64,000 nt of DNA from the human T2T-CHM13v2.0 reference genome, Homo sapiens. Made by a program: the position numbers and the translations under genes. The notes beneath the pieces were generated by a model. That model was not told the DNA's origin, searched no databases, and saw only the letters and a list, made by a program, of their open reading frames with translations. Positions 1 to 15,004 of this stretch are shown in pieces; position 1 is the stretch's first letter, and every line of letters starts with the position of its first letter. The stretch lies in NCBI RefSeq assembly GCF_009914755.1, contig NC_060933.1; one strand, written 5' to 3'.

Positions 1-155
1 CTGGAGCACAGAAACTATCTTAATTTGTATTATCTATAGTGCCTTGTACAAGGAAGATGTTTAATAAACATTTTTAATATTAATGAATTTAAGGTATTTG
101 TCATACGTGTGGCACAGCAATTTTTTTTTAAGTTTTAGTGTTTTGATTTTTGTGA

Positions 156-497
<342 letters not shown>

Positions 498-2056
498 ATG
501 AGATATTTTGATACTAGCGTGCAATTTGTAACAATCAGTTCATGAAAAATAGGGTATTCATCCCCTCAAGCATTTAACCTTCATGTTCCAAACAATCCAT
601 ATGTACTCATAGTTATTTTAAAATATACAATTAAATTATTTTGACTGTAGTCACCCTGTTGTGCTATCAAATACTAGGTCATACTCATTCTCTTTTTTTG
701 TACCCATTAGCCGTTCCCACCTCCCTTCCTATCCCCCCAGTTACCTTTCTCAGCCTCTGGTAATCATCTTTCCACTCTTTATCACCATTAGTTCAATTGT
801 TTTGATTTGTAGATCCCACAAATAAGTGAGAACATGCGATGTTTGTCTCTCTATGCCTTGCTTATTGCACTTAACATAATGACCTCTAGTTCCATCCATG
901 TTGTTGTAAATGACCGGATCTCATTTTTTTTGTAACTGAATAGTACTCCATTATGTGCAAGTACCATGTTTTCTTTATCCATCCATCTGTTGATGGACAC
1001 TTCCAGTACTGTGTTGAATAACAATAGTGAAGGTGGGCATCTTTGTCGTGTTCCGGATCTTAGAGGAAAGGCTTTCGGTTTTTACATACTCAGTATGATA
1101 CTAGCTATGGGTCTGTTATATATGGCTTTTATTATGTTGAGGTATGTTCCTTCTATACCCAGTTTTTTTAGGGTTTTTATGAAGGGATGTTGAATTTTTA
1201 TGAAATGCTTTTTCAGCATCAGTTGAAATGATCATATAGTTTTGGTCCTTCATTCTGTTGATATGATGTATCACATTGATTGATTTGCATATGTTGAACC
1301 ATCCTTGCATCCCTGGAATAAATACCACTTGTTCATGATGAATGATCTTTTTAATATATTGTTGAATCTCATTAGCTTGTATTTTGTTGAGGGTTTTCAC
1401 ATCAGTGTTCATCAGAAATATTGACCTGTAGTTTTCTTTATTGATGTGTCTTTGTCTGGGTTTGGTATGAGGGTAATCCTGGCCTCATAGAATGAGTTTA
1501 GAAGTACTCCCTCCTCCTGTATTTTTCAGAACAGTTTCAGTAGTATTGGTGTTCTTCTTTAAATGTTTGTTGGAATTGAGCAGTGAAACCACTAGGTCTT
1601 GGGCTTTTCTTTACTGGGAGACTTTTTATTACAGGTTCAATCTCACTGTTGTTAGTCTGTTCAGGTTTTGAATTTCTTCATGATTCAATCTTGGTAGGTT
1701 GTATGTGCTAGGGATTTATCCATTTCCTCTAGATTTTCCAGTTTATTGGCATATAGTTGCTCATAGTAGTTTGTGATGATCGTTTGAATTTTTGCGGTAT
1801 CAATTGTAATATCTCCTTTCTTATCTCTGATTTTATTTATTTTGGTTTTCTCTTTTAAGGTTTGTCAATTTTGTTTATCTTTTCTAAAAAGCAACTTTAT
1901 GTTTCTTTGGTCTTTTGCATTATTTTCTTCATTTCAAGTTAATTTATTTCTGCTCCATCTTTATTATTTCTGTTACTAATTTTGGGTTGTTTGCTCTTGC
2001 TTTTCTAGTTGTTTAAGAGGCATCATTAGGTTATTTATTTGAAGTTTTTCTTCTTG

Positions 2057-2333
2057 TTTTCTGAGACAGGGTCTCTCTTTATTCTCCAGGCTAGAGTGCA
2101 GTGGTGCAATCTCGTCTCACTGTAGCCTCAACCTCCCAAGTTCATGTGATCCTCCCACCTCAGCCCCCTAAATAGTTGGGACTACAGTTGCATGCCACCG
2201 TGCCCAGCTAATTTTTGTAGAGACAGGATTTCACCATGTTTCCCAGGCTGTTCTCAAATTCCTGAGCTCAAGCAATCTGCCCACCTCGGCTCCCAAAGTG
2301 CTAGGATTCAGGCATGAGCCACTATACCCGGCC
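2057..2333 (-). mobile_element. AluJ
   Basis: Reverse-complement Alu flanked by TTTTTCTTCTT direct repeats. Confidence 0.9.
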
Positions 2334-4220
2334 ATTTTTCTTCTTTTATGGTGTAATACTTATAGCTATAAATTTCTCTGTTAATACTGCTTTTGCTGTC
2401 TCCCATAACTTTTGATATGTTGTGTTTCCATTATCATTTGTTTCAATAAAGTTTTCAGTTTGCTTCTTAATTTCTGCACTGACCCATTGGTCATTCAGGA
2501 ACATATTGTTTAATTTCCAAGTGTTTATATGATTTCCAGAATTGTTCTTATTGATTTCTAGTTTAACTCTATTATGAGAGAAGATGCTTGATATTATTTC
2601 AGTTTTTTTGAATATTTTAAGATTTGTGACCTATCATATGAGCAATCCTTAAGTGATCTATGTACTGAGGGAAAGAATGTGTGTTCTGCACCCTTTGGAT
2701 GAAATGTTCTATAAATATCTGTTAGGTCCATTTGTTGTATAGTGCAGATTAAGTCCGATGTTTCTTTGTTGAGTTTCTGTCTGGGAGTTGGGTTCAGTGC
2801 TGAAAGTGAGGTGTTGAAGTCTCCAGCTATCATATTGAGGTCTAGCTCTCTCTTTAGCCCTAATAATGTTTGCTTTGTATATCTGGGTGTGTTGGGTGCA
2901 TATGTACATATGATTGTTATATTCTATTGCTGGATTGACTCTTTTCTCAGTTTATAATGACATTCTTTGTCTCACAATTTTTGTCTTGAAATCTATTTTG
3001 TCAGTATTTATATAATTACTCCTGCTCTTTTGGTTTCCATTGGCATGTAATATCTTTTTCATCCCCTTATTTTCAGTCTATGCATACCTTTGTATGTGAA
3101 GTGTGTTTCTTGTGGGCAACAGATCAGTGGATCTTGTTTTTTCATCCATTCACCCACTCTCTGTCTTTTGATTGGAGAGTTTGGTCCATTTGTATTCAAT
3201 GCTATTATTGATAAGTAGGGACTTCTGCCATTTTGATATATATTTTCTGGTTGTTTTGTGGTCTTCGTTCTTTCTTTACTTGCTGTGTTCCTTTTAGTGA
3301 AGGTGGTTTTCTCTGGTGCTATGATTTAATTTCTTGCTTTTTATGTTTTGTGTATCTGTTGTGTTTTTTGATTTGAGTTTACTGTGAGACTTGCAAGTAC
3401 TGTCTTATAACCCATTATTTTAAACTCACGACAACTTAACACTGATTGTATAAGCAGTCAAACACACACAAAGTGTTTAAAGTGTAATTAAAAGTGTAAT
3501 TAAAACTCTACACTTTAACTTCATCCCTCTACACTTTAACTTCATCCCTCTGCTTTTTAACTTTTTTGTTTGTTGTTTCTCCTTATGTCTTACTGTACTA
3601 TGTCTTGAAAAGTTGTCGTTATTCTTTATTGGTTCGTTTCATCAGTCTTTCTACTTAAGAGTAGTTTACACACTACAATAACACTTATAAAATAAGAATC
3701 ATTGTTAGGTTATTTATTTGAAGTTACAGAATAAGAGTGTAATTGTGCTGTGTAAACTACTCAAGTAGAAGGAGTTATACTCTTCTGTGTTTTTCTGTGT
3801 GCTTACTATTACCAGCGAGTTGTACCTTCTGATGGTTTCTTCTTGGTCATTAAATACTCTTTTCTTTCAGATTGAACAACTCCCTTTAGCATTTCTTGAG
3901 GGCAGATCCAGTGTTGATGAACTCTCTCAGCATTTTTTGTCTGTGAAGGTCTTTGTTTCTCCTTCATGCTTGAAGGATATTTTCACTGGATATACTGTTC
4001 TAAGGTAAATGCTTTTGTTTGTTTTTTTTGTCAGCACTTTCAACATATTGTGCCACTCTCTCCTGGCCTGTAAGATTTTTACTGAAGAGTCTGCTGTCAG
4101 AGATATTGGAGCTCTATTGTATGTTATTTGTTTCTTTTCTCTTGCCGTTTTTAGGATCTTTCTTTATCCTTGATAAAGAAACTATCCTTTGAGAGTTTGT
4201 TTATAGATGCCATAAGGTAG

Positions 4221-4519
<299 letters not shown>

Positions 4520-6146
4520 GCCATGAGGTACTCTTCTTTAGGTTAAATCTGCTTGGCGTTCTGTAACCTTCTCATACTTGAATGCAGATATCTTTCTCTA
4601 GGTTTGGGAAGTTCTCTCTTATCCCTTTGAATGAACTTTCTACTCCGGTCTCTTTCTCTACTTCCTCTTTAAGGCCAATACCTCTTATATTTGCCCTTTT
4701 CATGCTATTTTTTAGGCATGCTTCACTGTTTTCTATTCTTTTTTCTTTTGTGGTCTCCTCTGACTATATTGTCAAGTAGCCTGTCTCCAAGCCCACTAAT
4801 TCTTTCTTCTGCTTGATCAATTCTGCTTTTCAGAGACTCTGATGCATTCTTCAGTTTGTTGGTTGCATTTTTCAACTTTAGAATTGCTGCTTGATTTTTA
4901 AAAATTTAAATTTCTTTGTTTAAAATGTGATAGAATTCTGAGGTCCTTCTCTGTGTTATCTTCAATTTCTTTGACTTTCCTCAACATAGCTATTTTGAAT
5001 TCCTGCCTGAAAGGTCACATATCTATCTCTGTTTTTCCAGGATTGGTCCCTGCCTTACTTAGTTCATTTGGTGGGGTCATGTTTTCCTGGATGATCTTGA
5101 TTTGATGCTTGTAGATGTTCATTGGTGTGTAGGCATCAAAGAGGTAGGTATTTATTGTAGTCTTTGCAGTCTGGGCTTGTTTGTATCTGTCCTTTTTGAG
5201 AAGTCTTTCCAGTTATTCGAAGGGATTTGGGCCCCAAGCCCAATAATGCTGAGGTTTTTGCAGACTCAGAGGTACTGCCTTGGTGGTCTTGGATAAAATC
5301 TGGAAGAATTATTTGGATTACCACGTAGAGACTCTTGTTCTTTTCTGTTACTTTCTTCCAAACAAATGGAGTCTCTCTCTGTGCTGAGTCTCCTGGAACT
5401 AGGGATGTGTTCATGCGTTGATGCAAGCACCCCTGTTGCCACCACCACTGAAACTAAGCTGGGTTAGACCTGAAGCCAGCAGAGCACTGGGTCTCATCCA
5501 AGGCCTGCTGTCACCACCACCTGGCTACCACCTATGTTCACTCAAGGCCCTAAGGCTCTACCATCAGCAGGTGGTGAAGCCAGCCAGGTTTATGTCCTTC
5601 CCTTCAGAGTGTCTCATTCCCCAAACCCCAGGCCAGTCCAGAAATGCTGTCTGGAAGCCAGGGATTAGAGTCAAAATTCTTAGCAATTTGTTTGATATTC
5701 TGTTCTGTTGTGGCTAAGCAGGCACTCAAACCGTAACACAAAATTCTTCCCACTTTTTCCCCTGTCCACAGGCAGAGGAGAATCTGCCTCTGTGGCCACC
5801 ACTACCACAGGGCCATAGTGGGTTCTGCCTGGCCACTGCCGGGCAGTCATCTTCAGGTGTTTATGAATCATTAACATAATCCATATTATAGTTAAATATT
5901 TATTTGGAGTTTACTGTGGACTAGGTATTTTACATCATAGTAAGCAAAGTTTCCCAAATTTAAGTTCTTTTTATTTCTCATTCATGACTTTTGGCCTGTT
6001 CTCATACTACCTATTCATTGTAACTTTTAAACTTGAAAGTCTCTTTCAAAATAAATGAATTTATACTTTTACCATAAATGGAAATCTAGTACCATTTTTA
6101 TGAATAGAAGATCTTATGAAGGAATACAATAAAAACAATTTTATAA

Positions 6147-6645
6147 GTCTGGGCATGGTGGCTCACACCTGTAACCTCAGCACTTTTGGGGGCCTAGGTG
6201 GGAGGATCACTTGAGCCCAGGAGTTCAAGACCAGTCTGGACAGTATAGGGAGACCCCCATCTCTATAAAAAATAAAAATAAAAAAATCAGCTGGCCATGG
6301 TGGTGCATGCCTGTGGTCTCAGCTAATCTGGTGGCTGAGGTGGGAGGATTGTTTGAGCCTGGGATGTCTTGATTCATAAACACATGAAGATGACTAAAAT
6401 CTCCTTTTAAATTTGTTTATACTGCTTTTTCTTCTATGGCTTTCTTTTTTTCATAGATCATGTCAATATAAACACATACTGAGAACCAGGAGTTTGAGTG
6501 ATTCTATATGAATGACTGTATACTATTTAAATTTTGATGAACTACAGAGTAGTTTGAGCCTAGGAGGTTGAGGCTGCAGTGAGCCATGATTGCACTATGG
6601 CAACCCAGCCAGGATGACAGGGTGAAACCCTTTCTCAAAAAAAAA
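6147..6645 (+). mobile_element. AluJ interrupted by a 187-bp non-Alu insert (6365-6551)
   Basis: Left arm, linker and start of right arm to 6364; right arm resumes at 6552 and ends in an A tail. Confidence 0.88.
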
Positions 6646-8233
6646 GTTATGAAAAATATGGTTTCCTGCCAAACTCATAATTACTCCTTTATTAAAAAGG
6701 GCAATTAGCCCTTTTTATGCAAGGTGCTTAAAAATAAACTAGCACCTCATTTAGATACTCTCCTTACGTAAATAAAAAAGATTGAAGAGGAGTTGAAAAA
6801 AGATTTTTTTCCTATGTGATTGTTTACTTCAGTATTTGTATGTCATCTAAAATGGTGATATAGGACCTGCATTAAAGTGTTCCACCTGTATTAGTTTGTT
6901 AGGCAATTTATTTAATCAGAAAAAATAAAATAAATTTACAATTTAAAAATATTTTGGAATTTACACCTGCCACAAAATGAGACAGTTTCTTCGTTCAGAT
7001 TTCTTACTCATGAGCAGGCATCAATTGGTTGGAATCAGAGAGGTTTCTTACCTTTAAGTTACAATTGCTTTCCTTTGAGTTGCTGTCACAAATCTACTGT
7101 CCCCCAAGTAGTTTACCTTATTTCAACCATAAATCATACAAAAATTTACCTATGAAAATTTGGATATTATTGTAGATAATACTGTAGAATTTGCTATGGT
7201 TTAAATTTTAAGAGCTTTGAGGTGCATAAAAATACATCTAAGTGTACATTGATTTTTAGTAAATTTATAGTGTTGTGCATCCATAATCACAGTCTAGTTT
7301 TAGAACATTTATATCAGCCTTAAAAAGTACTATGCCCATTTGTCATCAACCTCTTCTCCCATTCCAGCCTTAGAAAACCTTGGCCTACTTTTTGTCCATT
7401 TGATTTAGCTTTCCTAGAATTTTCATATCATTGGAATCATATGGTATATGGTCATTTGTGTTTGGTTTTTATTTAGCATAATGTTTTTGAGGTGCATCCA
7501 GGTCATAATATTTCTTTTTTCAAAATGTGTGTAAACTAAGGGATACAAGTGCAGTTTTTTTACAGGGACATATTGCACAGTGGTAAAGTCTGGGCTTTTA
7601 GTGTAATCATCAGCTAAAGAATGTGCATTGTACACATAAGTAACTTCTTATCCTTTATCCCCTTCTCATCCTTCTGAGTCTGATATCTGTTATTCCACAC
7701 TCTATGTCCATGTGGTAGTATTCCTTTTTGTTGCTGAATATTTTTCCATTATTTGCATATGCCGCATTTCTATCTCCATTCACCAGTTGACAGGTATTTG
7801 AGTCATTGTGAATAATACTCTCATTTTGAATGATTGTGAGTAATACTGCTGTAAACATTTGTATACATGTCTGTGTGTGGATAAATGTTACTCTTCTAGA
7901 GAGATACCTAGGAGTGCAACTACTAAGTCATATGGCAAGTTTAACTTATTGGTAAAGTGCAAAACTTTGTTCCAAAGTGACTAGCATTTTACAACCCCAC
8001 CAATAATGTATGGAAGTTTCTGTTTCTCCACACCCGTTCTAGAGGGTTTGTAGTGGTGTCTTATTTGTGGCTTTAATTTGGTGTTTTTCTAATGACTAAA
8101 AAATGTTTGGCATGATTTCATTTGCTTATTAGCTATTTATATATCTTATTCCATTTATATATCTTATTAGCCATTTCGCTATACCTATGTAGTTAATTAT
8201 CTATTCAAATCCTTTGTCCATTTAAAAAAAAAA

Positions 8234-8465
8234 CAGTGATCTGATCTTGGGTCACTGCAGCCTTGAACTCTTGGGCTCAAGTGATCCTTCCACCCCAGCC
8301 TCCCTAGTAGCTGGGACTACAGATGCCCAACAGCATGCCTCACTTATTTAAAAATTTTGTAGAGACAGGGTCTCCATAAGTTGCCCAGGCTGGTCTTAAA
8401 CTCCCATCGTCAGGCTATCCTCCCAAAGTGTTGGAATTACAAGTATTAGCCATGATGCCCAGACC
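8234..8465 (-). mobile_element. AluJ, truncated
   Basis: Reverse-complement Alu lacking the 3' end of the right arm. Confidence 0.8.
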
Positions 8466-9464
8466 ATTTTTGTTTAAGTGGAATATTTCTCTTATTATTC
8501 AGTTGTAAGAGTTCTTTATATGTCTTGATACAAATTATTTAGCAGATATATACTTCGCAAAGTTCTGCAGCATTAAGTACATTCACATTATCATGTAACC
8601 ATTACCACCATCAGTATCCAGAACTTTCATTTTCATTTTCCCAAACTGAAGCTTCGTACCCTGTAAATGGTAATTCCTGGTTTTCTCATCCCATCAGTCC
8701 CTGGAAACTACTATTGTATTTTCTGTCTTTATGAATTTGATTTGTGTGGGTACCTCAGACAAGTGGAACCACACACTATTTGTCTTTTTGTGATTGACTT
8801 ATTGCACTCAGCATGTCTTAAGTTTTATCCATGCTGTAGCATGTACCAAAATTTCCTTCCTTCTTAAGGCTGAATGATACTCCATTGTATATGTACATAC
8901 TGCATTTTGTTTTATTCATTCATCTGTTGATGGACACATGGGCTGCTTTTACCTCTTGGATATTGTGAATAATGCTGCTGTGAACATGGGTAGACAAATA
9001 TCCAGATCCCTGCTTTACTTCTTTTGGGTACATACCCAGAAGTGGACCTGCTGTTTCATTTGGTTATTCTATAGGTTTTTTTTTTTTTTTGAGAAATTTT
9101 GCTTTTTTTTTTAATGTTAAGAAATTGCCACATACTGTGTTTCCACAGTGTACATCATTTTACATTCTTACCAGCAATACAGTGGTTCCAGTTTCTTCAC
9201 ATCCTTGCTAGTACTTGTTTTCTGTTGTTTTGATGATTGCCATTCCATTGGGTCCAATGTGGTATGTCATGGTTTTGGTTTGCATTTTCCTAATGGTTAT
9301 TAATGTCGAGCATCTTTTATGTACTTGTAAGTCATGTGTATGCCTTCTTTGAAAGTGTCCGTTGAAGTTCTTTGCCCATTGTTTTTCTTGGGTTATTTTT
9401 TGTTGAGTTGTAACGCTTCATGTATTCTGGGTATAATCCTTTATCAGATATGTGGTTTCTAATA

Positions 9465-9865
9465 CAGTTATGCTCCATGTAATGGCAGTTTGAGATGTTC
9501 CTGTCAACAGACTGCATTATATGATGGTGGCCCTATAAAATTCTAATGGAGCTGAAAAATTCTTCTTGCCTAGTGACAATAGAAATTTTATATAGTGTAA
9601 TGCATTACTTTTTCTATGTTTAGAAGTATTTAGATATAGAAATATTTACCATTATGGCACAATTGCTTATGTATTCAGTATAGTAATATGCTATATAGGC
9701 TTGTATCCTAGGAGCAATAGGGTATACCTTATAGCCAAGGTGTGTAGTAGGCCATAACGTCTAGGTTTGTGTTAAGTACCCACTGTGATGTTCACATGAT
9801 GACAAAATTGCCTAGTGATGCATTTCTTGGAACTTATCCCCTCTTGTTAAAGTGACACGTGACTG
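9465..9865 (+). mobile_element. Tigger3/MER7-type non-autonomous DNA transposon
   Basis: CAGTTATGC ... CGTGACTG degenerate terminal inverted repeats, TA on both sides, Tigger3-like internal sequence. Confidence 0.75.
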
Positions 9866-10911
9866 TATTTTCTTCTGTTTCAAGGGTTACATTTTTACTC
9901 TCTTTGTAGTAGCCATTGATGCACAGCATTTTCAATTTTGATGAAGTCTGTCTTACCTATTTTTTTTTGTTGCCTGTGCTTTCAGTATCATATCCAAGAA
10001 ATTGTTTTCAAATCCAAAGTCATGAAGTTTTTGGCTTGTGTTTTCTTCTAAGAGTTTTATAGGGTGAGGTCTTCTGTTTAGAGTTTTGATCACTTTGAGA
10101 CAATTTTTGTATATAGTATAAGATAAGGGTCCAGCTTTATTTTTTTACATGTGGATATCCAGTTTTCCCAGCACTGTTTGTTGAAAAGACTTTCTTTCCT
10201 TTTCCCCTTTGAATGGTCTAGGTAGCCTTGTGGAAAATAATTTGACTATTTATGCAAGAGTGTATTTCTGGACTCTGTGTTTTATTCTGTTGGTCTATAT
10301 GTGTATCCTTGTGCCAGTACGACAGTATTTTGATTGCTGTAGTCTTCTAGTAAGTTTTGATGTCAGGAAATGTGAGACGTCCAACTTTGTTATTTTCAAG
10401 TTTGTTTTGTCTATTCGAGGTCTCTTGGGAATCCATATGAATTTTAGGATGGATTTTTCTGTTTCTGCTAAAAATGCTGTTAGGATTTTGAAAGGACTTA
10501 CATTGACTATGTAGATTGCTTTGGGTAGTATTGACATCTTAACAATATTAAATTTTCTAATCCATGAACAGAGGATATCTTTTCATTTATTTGTGTCTAA
10601 TTTCTTTCAGTGATATTTTGCAGTTTTCACTGTAGAAGTCTTTTGCCTGCTTGGTTAGGTTTAGTCCTAAGTACTTTATTCTTTTTGATGTTACGGTTTG
10701 CTGATTTTTCTGTGTTGATTTTGTATTCTGCAGTTTTCCTGAATTCATTCATTCTAACAGGTTTGTTGTTGTTGTGGAATCTTTAGAGTCTTTACATATA
10801 AGATCATGTCATCTTCAAACATATAATTTTACTTATTCATTTCCAAGTTAGATTTATTTTATTTCATTTCCTTGCTGATTGCTCTGGCTAGGGCTTTAGG
10901 TATTACGTTGA

Positions 10912-11419
<508 letters not shown>

Positions 11420-12162
11420 AGGTATAGGTTTTTTATATATGGCCTTTTTATTATCTTGAGATAGTTTGCTTCTATTCATAGTTTTTTGAGTATTTTTAGC
11501 ATGAAAGGATATTGAGTTTTATCAGATGTTTTTTCTGACTCAATTGAAATGATTATCTGTTGGTGGACACTTAGGTTGATTCCATATCTTTGCTAATGTT
11601 AACAGTGTGGCTATGAACTTGGGGGTGCAAATATCCCTTTGATGTATTTATTTTGTTTCTTTTGGATAAATACCTAACAGTGGGATTGCTGGATCATATG
11701 GTAGTTCTATTTTTACTTTTCGAGAAATCTTCATACTGTTTTTGGTAATGGCTGTACTAATTTATATTTCCACCACAGGAGTTCCCTTTTCTCTGCATTC
11801 TCATCAACATCTGTTATGTTTTCTTTTTAATAATTGCTATTCTAACTGGGTTAAGATGATATCTTGTGGTTTTGATTTTCATTTTCCTGATGATTAGTGA
11901 TGTTGAGCCTCTTTTGATGTACCTGTTGGCCATCCATATGTCTTTTGAAAAAATGTTTATGTCTTTTGCCCACTTTTTAATGGGAATGTTTTGTTTTAAC
12001 TGTTGAGTTGTTTGAGTTCCTTGTATATTCTGGTTTTTAGTTTCTTGTCAGATGCATAGTTTGCAACTATTGTCTACCATTCAAAAGGAAGGTTATTTCT
12101 TTACTCTGTTGGATTGTTTCCTTTGCTATGCACAAAACAAGTCTCAAAACATTTTAAAACTC

Positions 12163-12286
12163 TGGGAGGCTGAAGTGGGAGAATCATTTGAGCCAGGGAG
12201 GTAAAGGCTGCAATGAGCTATGATTGTGCCACTTCACTCCAGCCTGGCAACAGAGATAGACCCTATCTTAAAAAAGAAAAAAAAAA
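12163..12286 (+). mobile_element. Alu right-arm monomer (FRAM/AluJ-like)
   Basis: GGGAGGCTGAAGTGGGAGAATC...CCAGCCTGGCAACAGAG plus A tail. Confidence 0.8.
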
Positions 12287-14693
12287 TTAAACTCAAAACT
12301 ATATCAAGTGTCTTCTTAGACCACAGTAGAATCCTCAAACTAGAAATTAATACCAAGAGGAACTTAGAAAACTGTCTAAATAAATGGTAATTACATAGAA
12401 TACTCCTGAATGTCCATTGGTTCTTTTTCTGCTCCTTTGATCTTGTCTTTGCCTTCTGTAACACCAAAAATTCAAATAGATCACTTTATGGTGTCCCATA
12501 TGTCATGTAGGCTTTGTTCATTCTTATTTATTCTTGTTTTGTTTTCTGAGTTATTTCAAAAATCTGAAATTCATTCTTCTGCTTGATATCATCCATTGCT
12601 GAAGCACTTGAATGTATTTTTTATTCCACTTAGTGAATTCTTCGGTTCGAGGATTTCTGTTTGGTTCCTTTTTTATGATATCTATCTTTTTGGTGAATTT
12701 TTCATTCATATCTTGAATTGTTTTTCTGATTTCTTTGTATTTTTGTGTTCTCTATCTCACTGAGTGTCTTTAGTATTATTTTGAATCCTGTTGCTGGCAT
12801 TTCATAAATTTCTTTTTTATTAGAATCTGTTGCTGGGGAATTATTGTGTTCCTTTGGAGATGTCATAATTTCTTGTTTTTTTTTTTCACATTACTTGTGT
12901 ACTTACAAGTTGATGTCTGTACCTCTGGTGTAACAGTTGCTTCTTCCAGTTTTTTAGATTGGCTTTCAGAGAGGTAGACTTTTTCCTGAAGATCTATCCG
13001 TGGTGTTGGTTGGGTAGGGCACCTTGTCTTTGATTCTGGGTGTGTGCAGTAGTGTATTTTTCATATGACCTTTTTAGCCATATATAGCATTAGTGGTGTC
13101 TGTGATTTCCTCAGTGGTTTAGGGTGCAATTGTTAGCAGAGGCTGAGGTGAAGTTCTCCTGGGCAGTGGGATGCTAGGTAGGCCAGTCCTTGGGCACCAG
13201 TGGTGGCAGCAGCAGACTGTGTGCCTGTCGTTCGGCCCCAGGGTACACAGGCATGGTGTTAGCAGGTTTAATTGGGTTGATTCTTAGGCCTCCATATGGC
13301 TTGCTTAGGTGCTGGTGGTTGCAGTGGATGACCAGGTGAGTGGGTAGGTCCTTGGATCCCTGGGCAGTGCATGTGGTATGGGCTATGGCAGTAGTTGTGA
13401 TGGTAGCATCAGGCTGGGTGGGCTGACTCTCAGGCTTCCCTGTAGGAGTGCGTATGTGTGAGTGGCAGACAGGGTGAGGCAATCTCTATGCTCCAATCTC
13501 TATGCTTGGGCCCTTGGGGGTATGTGGTGCCAGGCCAGGTGGGCCTGTCTTCAGGCCCCCTGGTAGAGTGCTCAGGTAGCAACAGTGGATAGAGAGAGCC
13601 TTGCCTCAGGGCATGTGCATGTCCACTGTGGCCCTGCTACTAGAGGGGATAGGGTTGGTGTCGGTGTCAGTAGCCTCACACCAGAGGCTGGGGTGGGGCA
13701 GGTATGGTATGCTTTGCTCCAAGCAGTGTCAGGAACATTGACACTGGCATGCTGGGAGATTCTGTCCTCAGGACATGTTCAAGTGTGCTGCAGTCTTGCT
13801 GTTAGTGGAGATGGGGTTACTGTCAGTGGCAGCAACCCCAGGCTAGCAGGGTTTAGGCTCTCAGAAGTGTACGCTTTGGCTCTTTTTGTCCTTGTGATAG
13901 CCTCCCCAGTATACCCTCCCCAGTGCATTGCACTTGCCTGTTCTCCACAGTGTAGGATTTTATATATGCTTTAATACCAGGGACTCTGCCACTCTGCTGG
14001 GTCCAAGTGGCATTGCATCACTGTAGGCCCCCAGGTGGATGCAGGGAATGTTAGTAGGGCTTTACTAATGTGGAAATGCAGGGACTCTTGTGCTCAAGGG
14101 CAGGATGCAGCCTGTTAAGAGCTGGACTGAAAATGACACCATGCTGTAACTGTTTAGGTCTCATGCAGGTGGTACAGGACCCAGTGTGAGCTCTCTCTCT
14201 GGAGCAGTGTCATCACGTGGTCTCTAAGAAGTTCTCTATGCTAGTCTCTGGACCCCCTCTCTGTAAGCTAGGGTTGCAGGAGTCCGTGGTGGGAGTGTGA
14301 GCTGCTGGGTATCTCTCATTTACCTTTCCCCCACACTGGAGATCTGCTCTGTGCTCCAGGTCGATAAAGGCCAAGCAAACAACCTTGCTTCCCTCTTCTT
14401 CCTTGCTTTAGGTGTTTCCTGTCACTTCTCTGCTAAATTCCAGTGTTGTGTCTTAGATGTTCTGTTGAAAGTGTGACTACTCCCTGTTTGGGTTTTTTTT
14501 TTGTGAAGGAGGCAAGGGCTGATGTCTCTAGTCAGCTATCTTGAAGCCCCTCCTCTATTTTTGCTGTTGTTGCCTGTGCTTTTCAGGTCTTATCCAAAAA
14601 ATTCCTTGCTCAGACCAATATAATGAATCATTTCCTTTATGTTTTTCTTCCAGTAGTTTCATAGTTTTGGGTCTTACATTTAAGTCTTTAATC

Positions 14694-15004
<311 letters not shown>

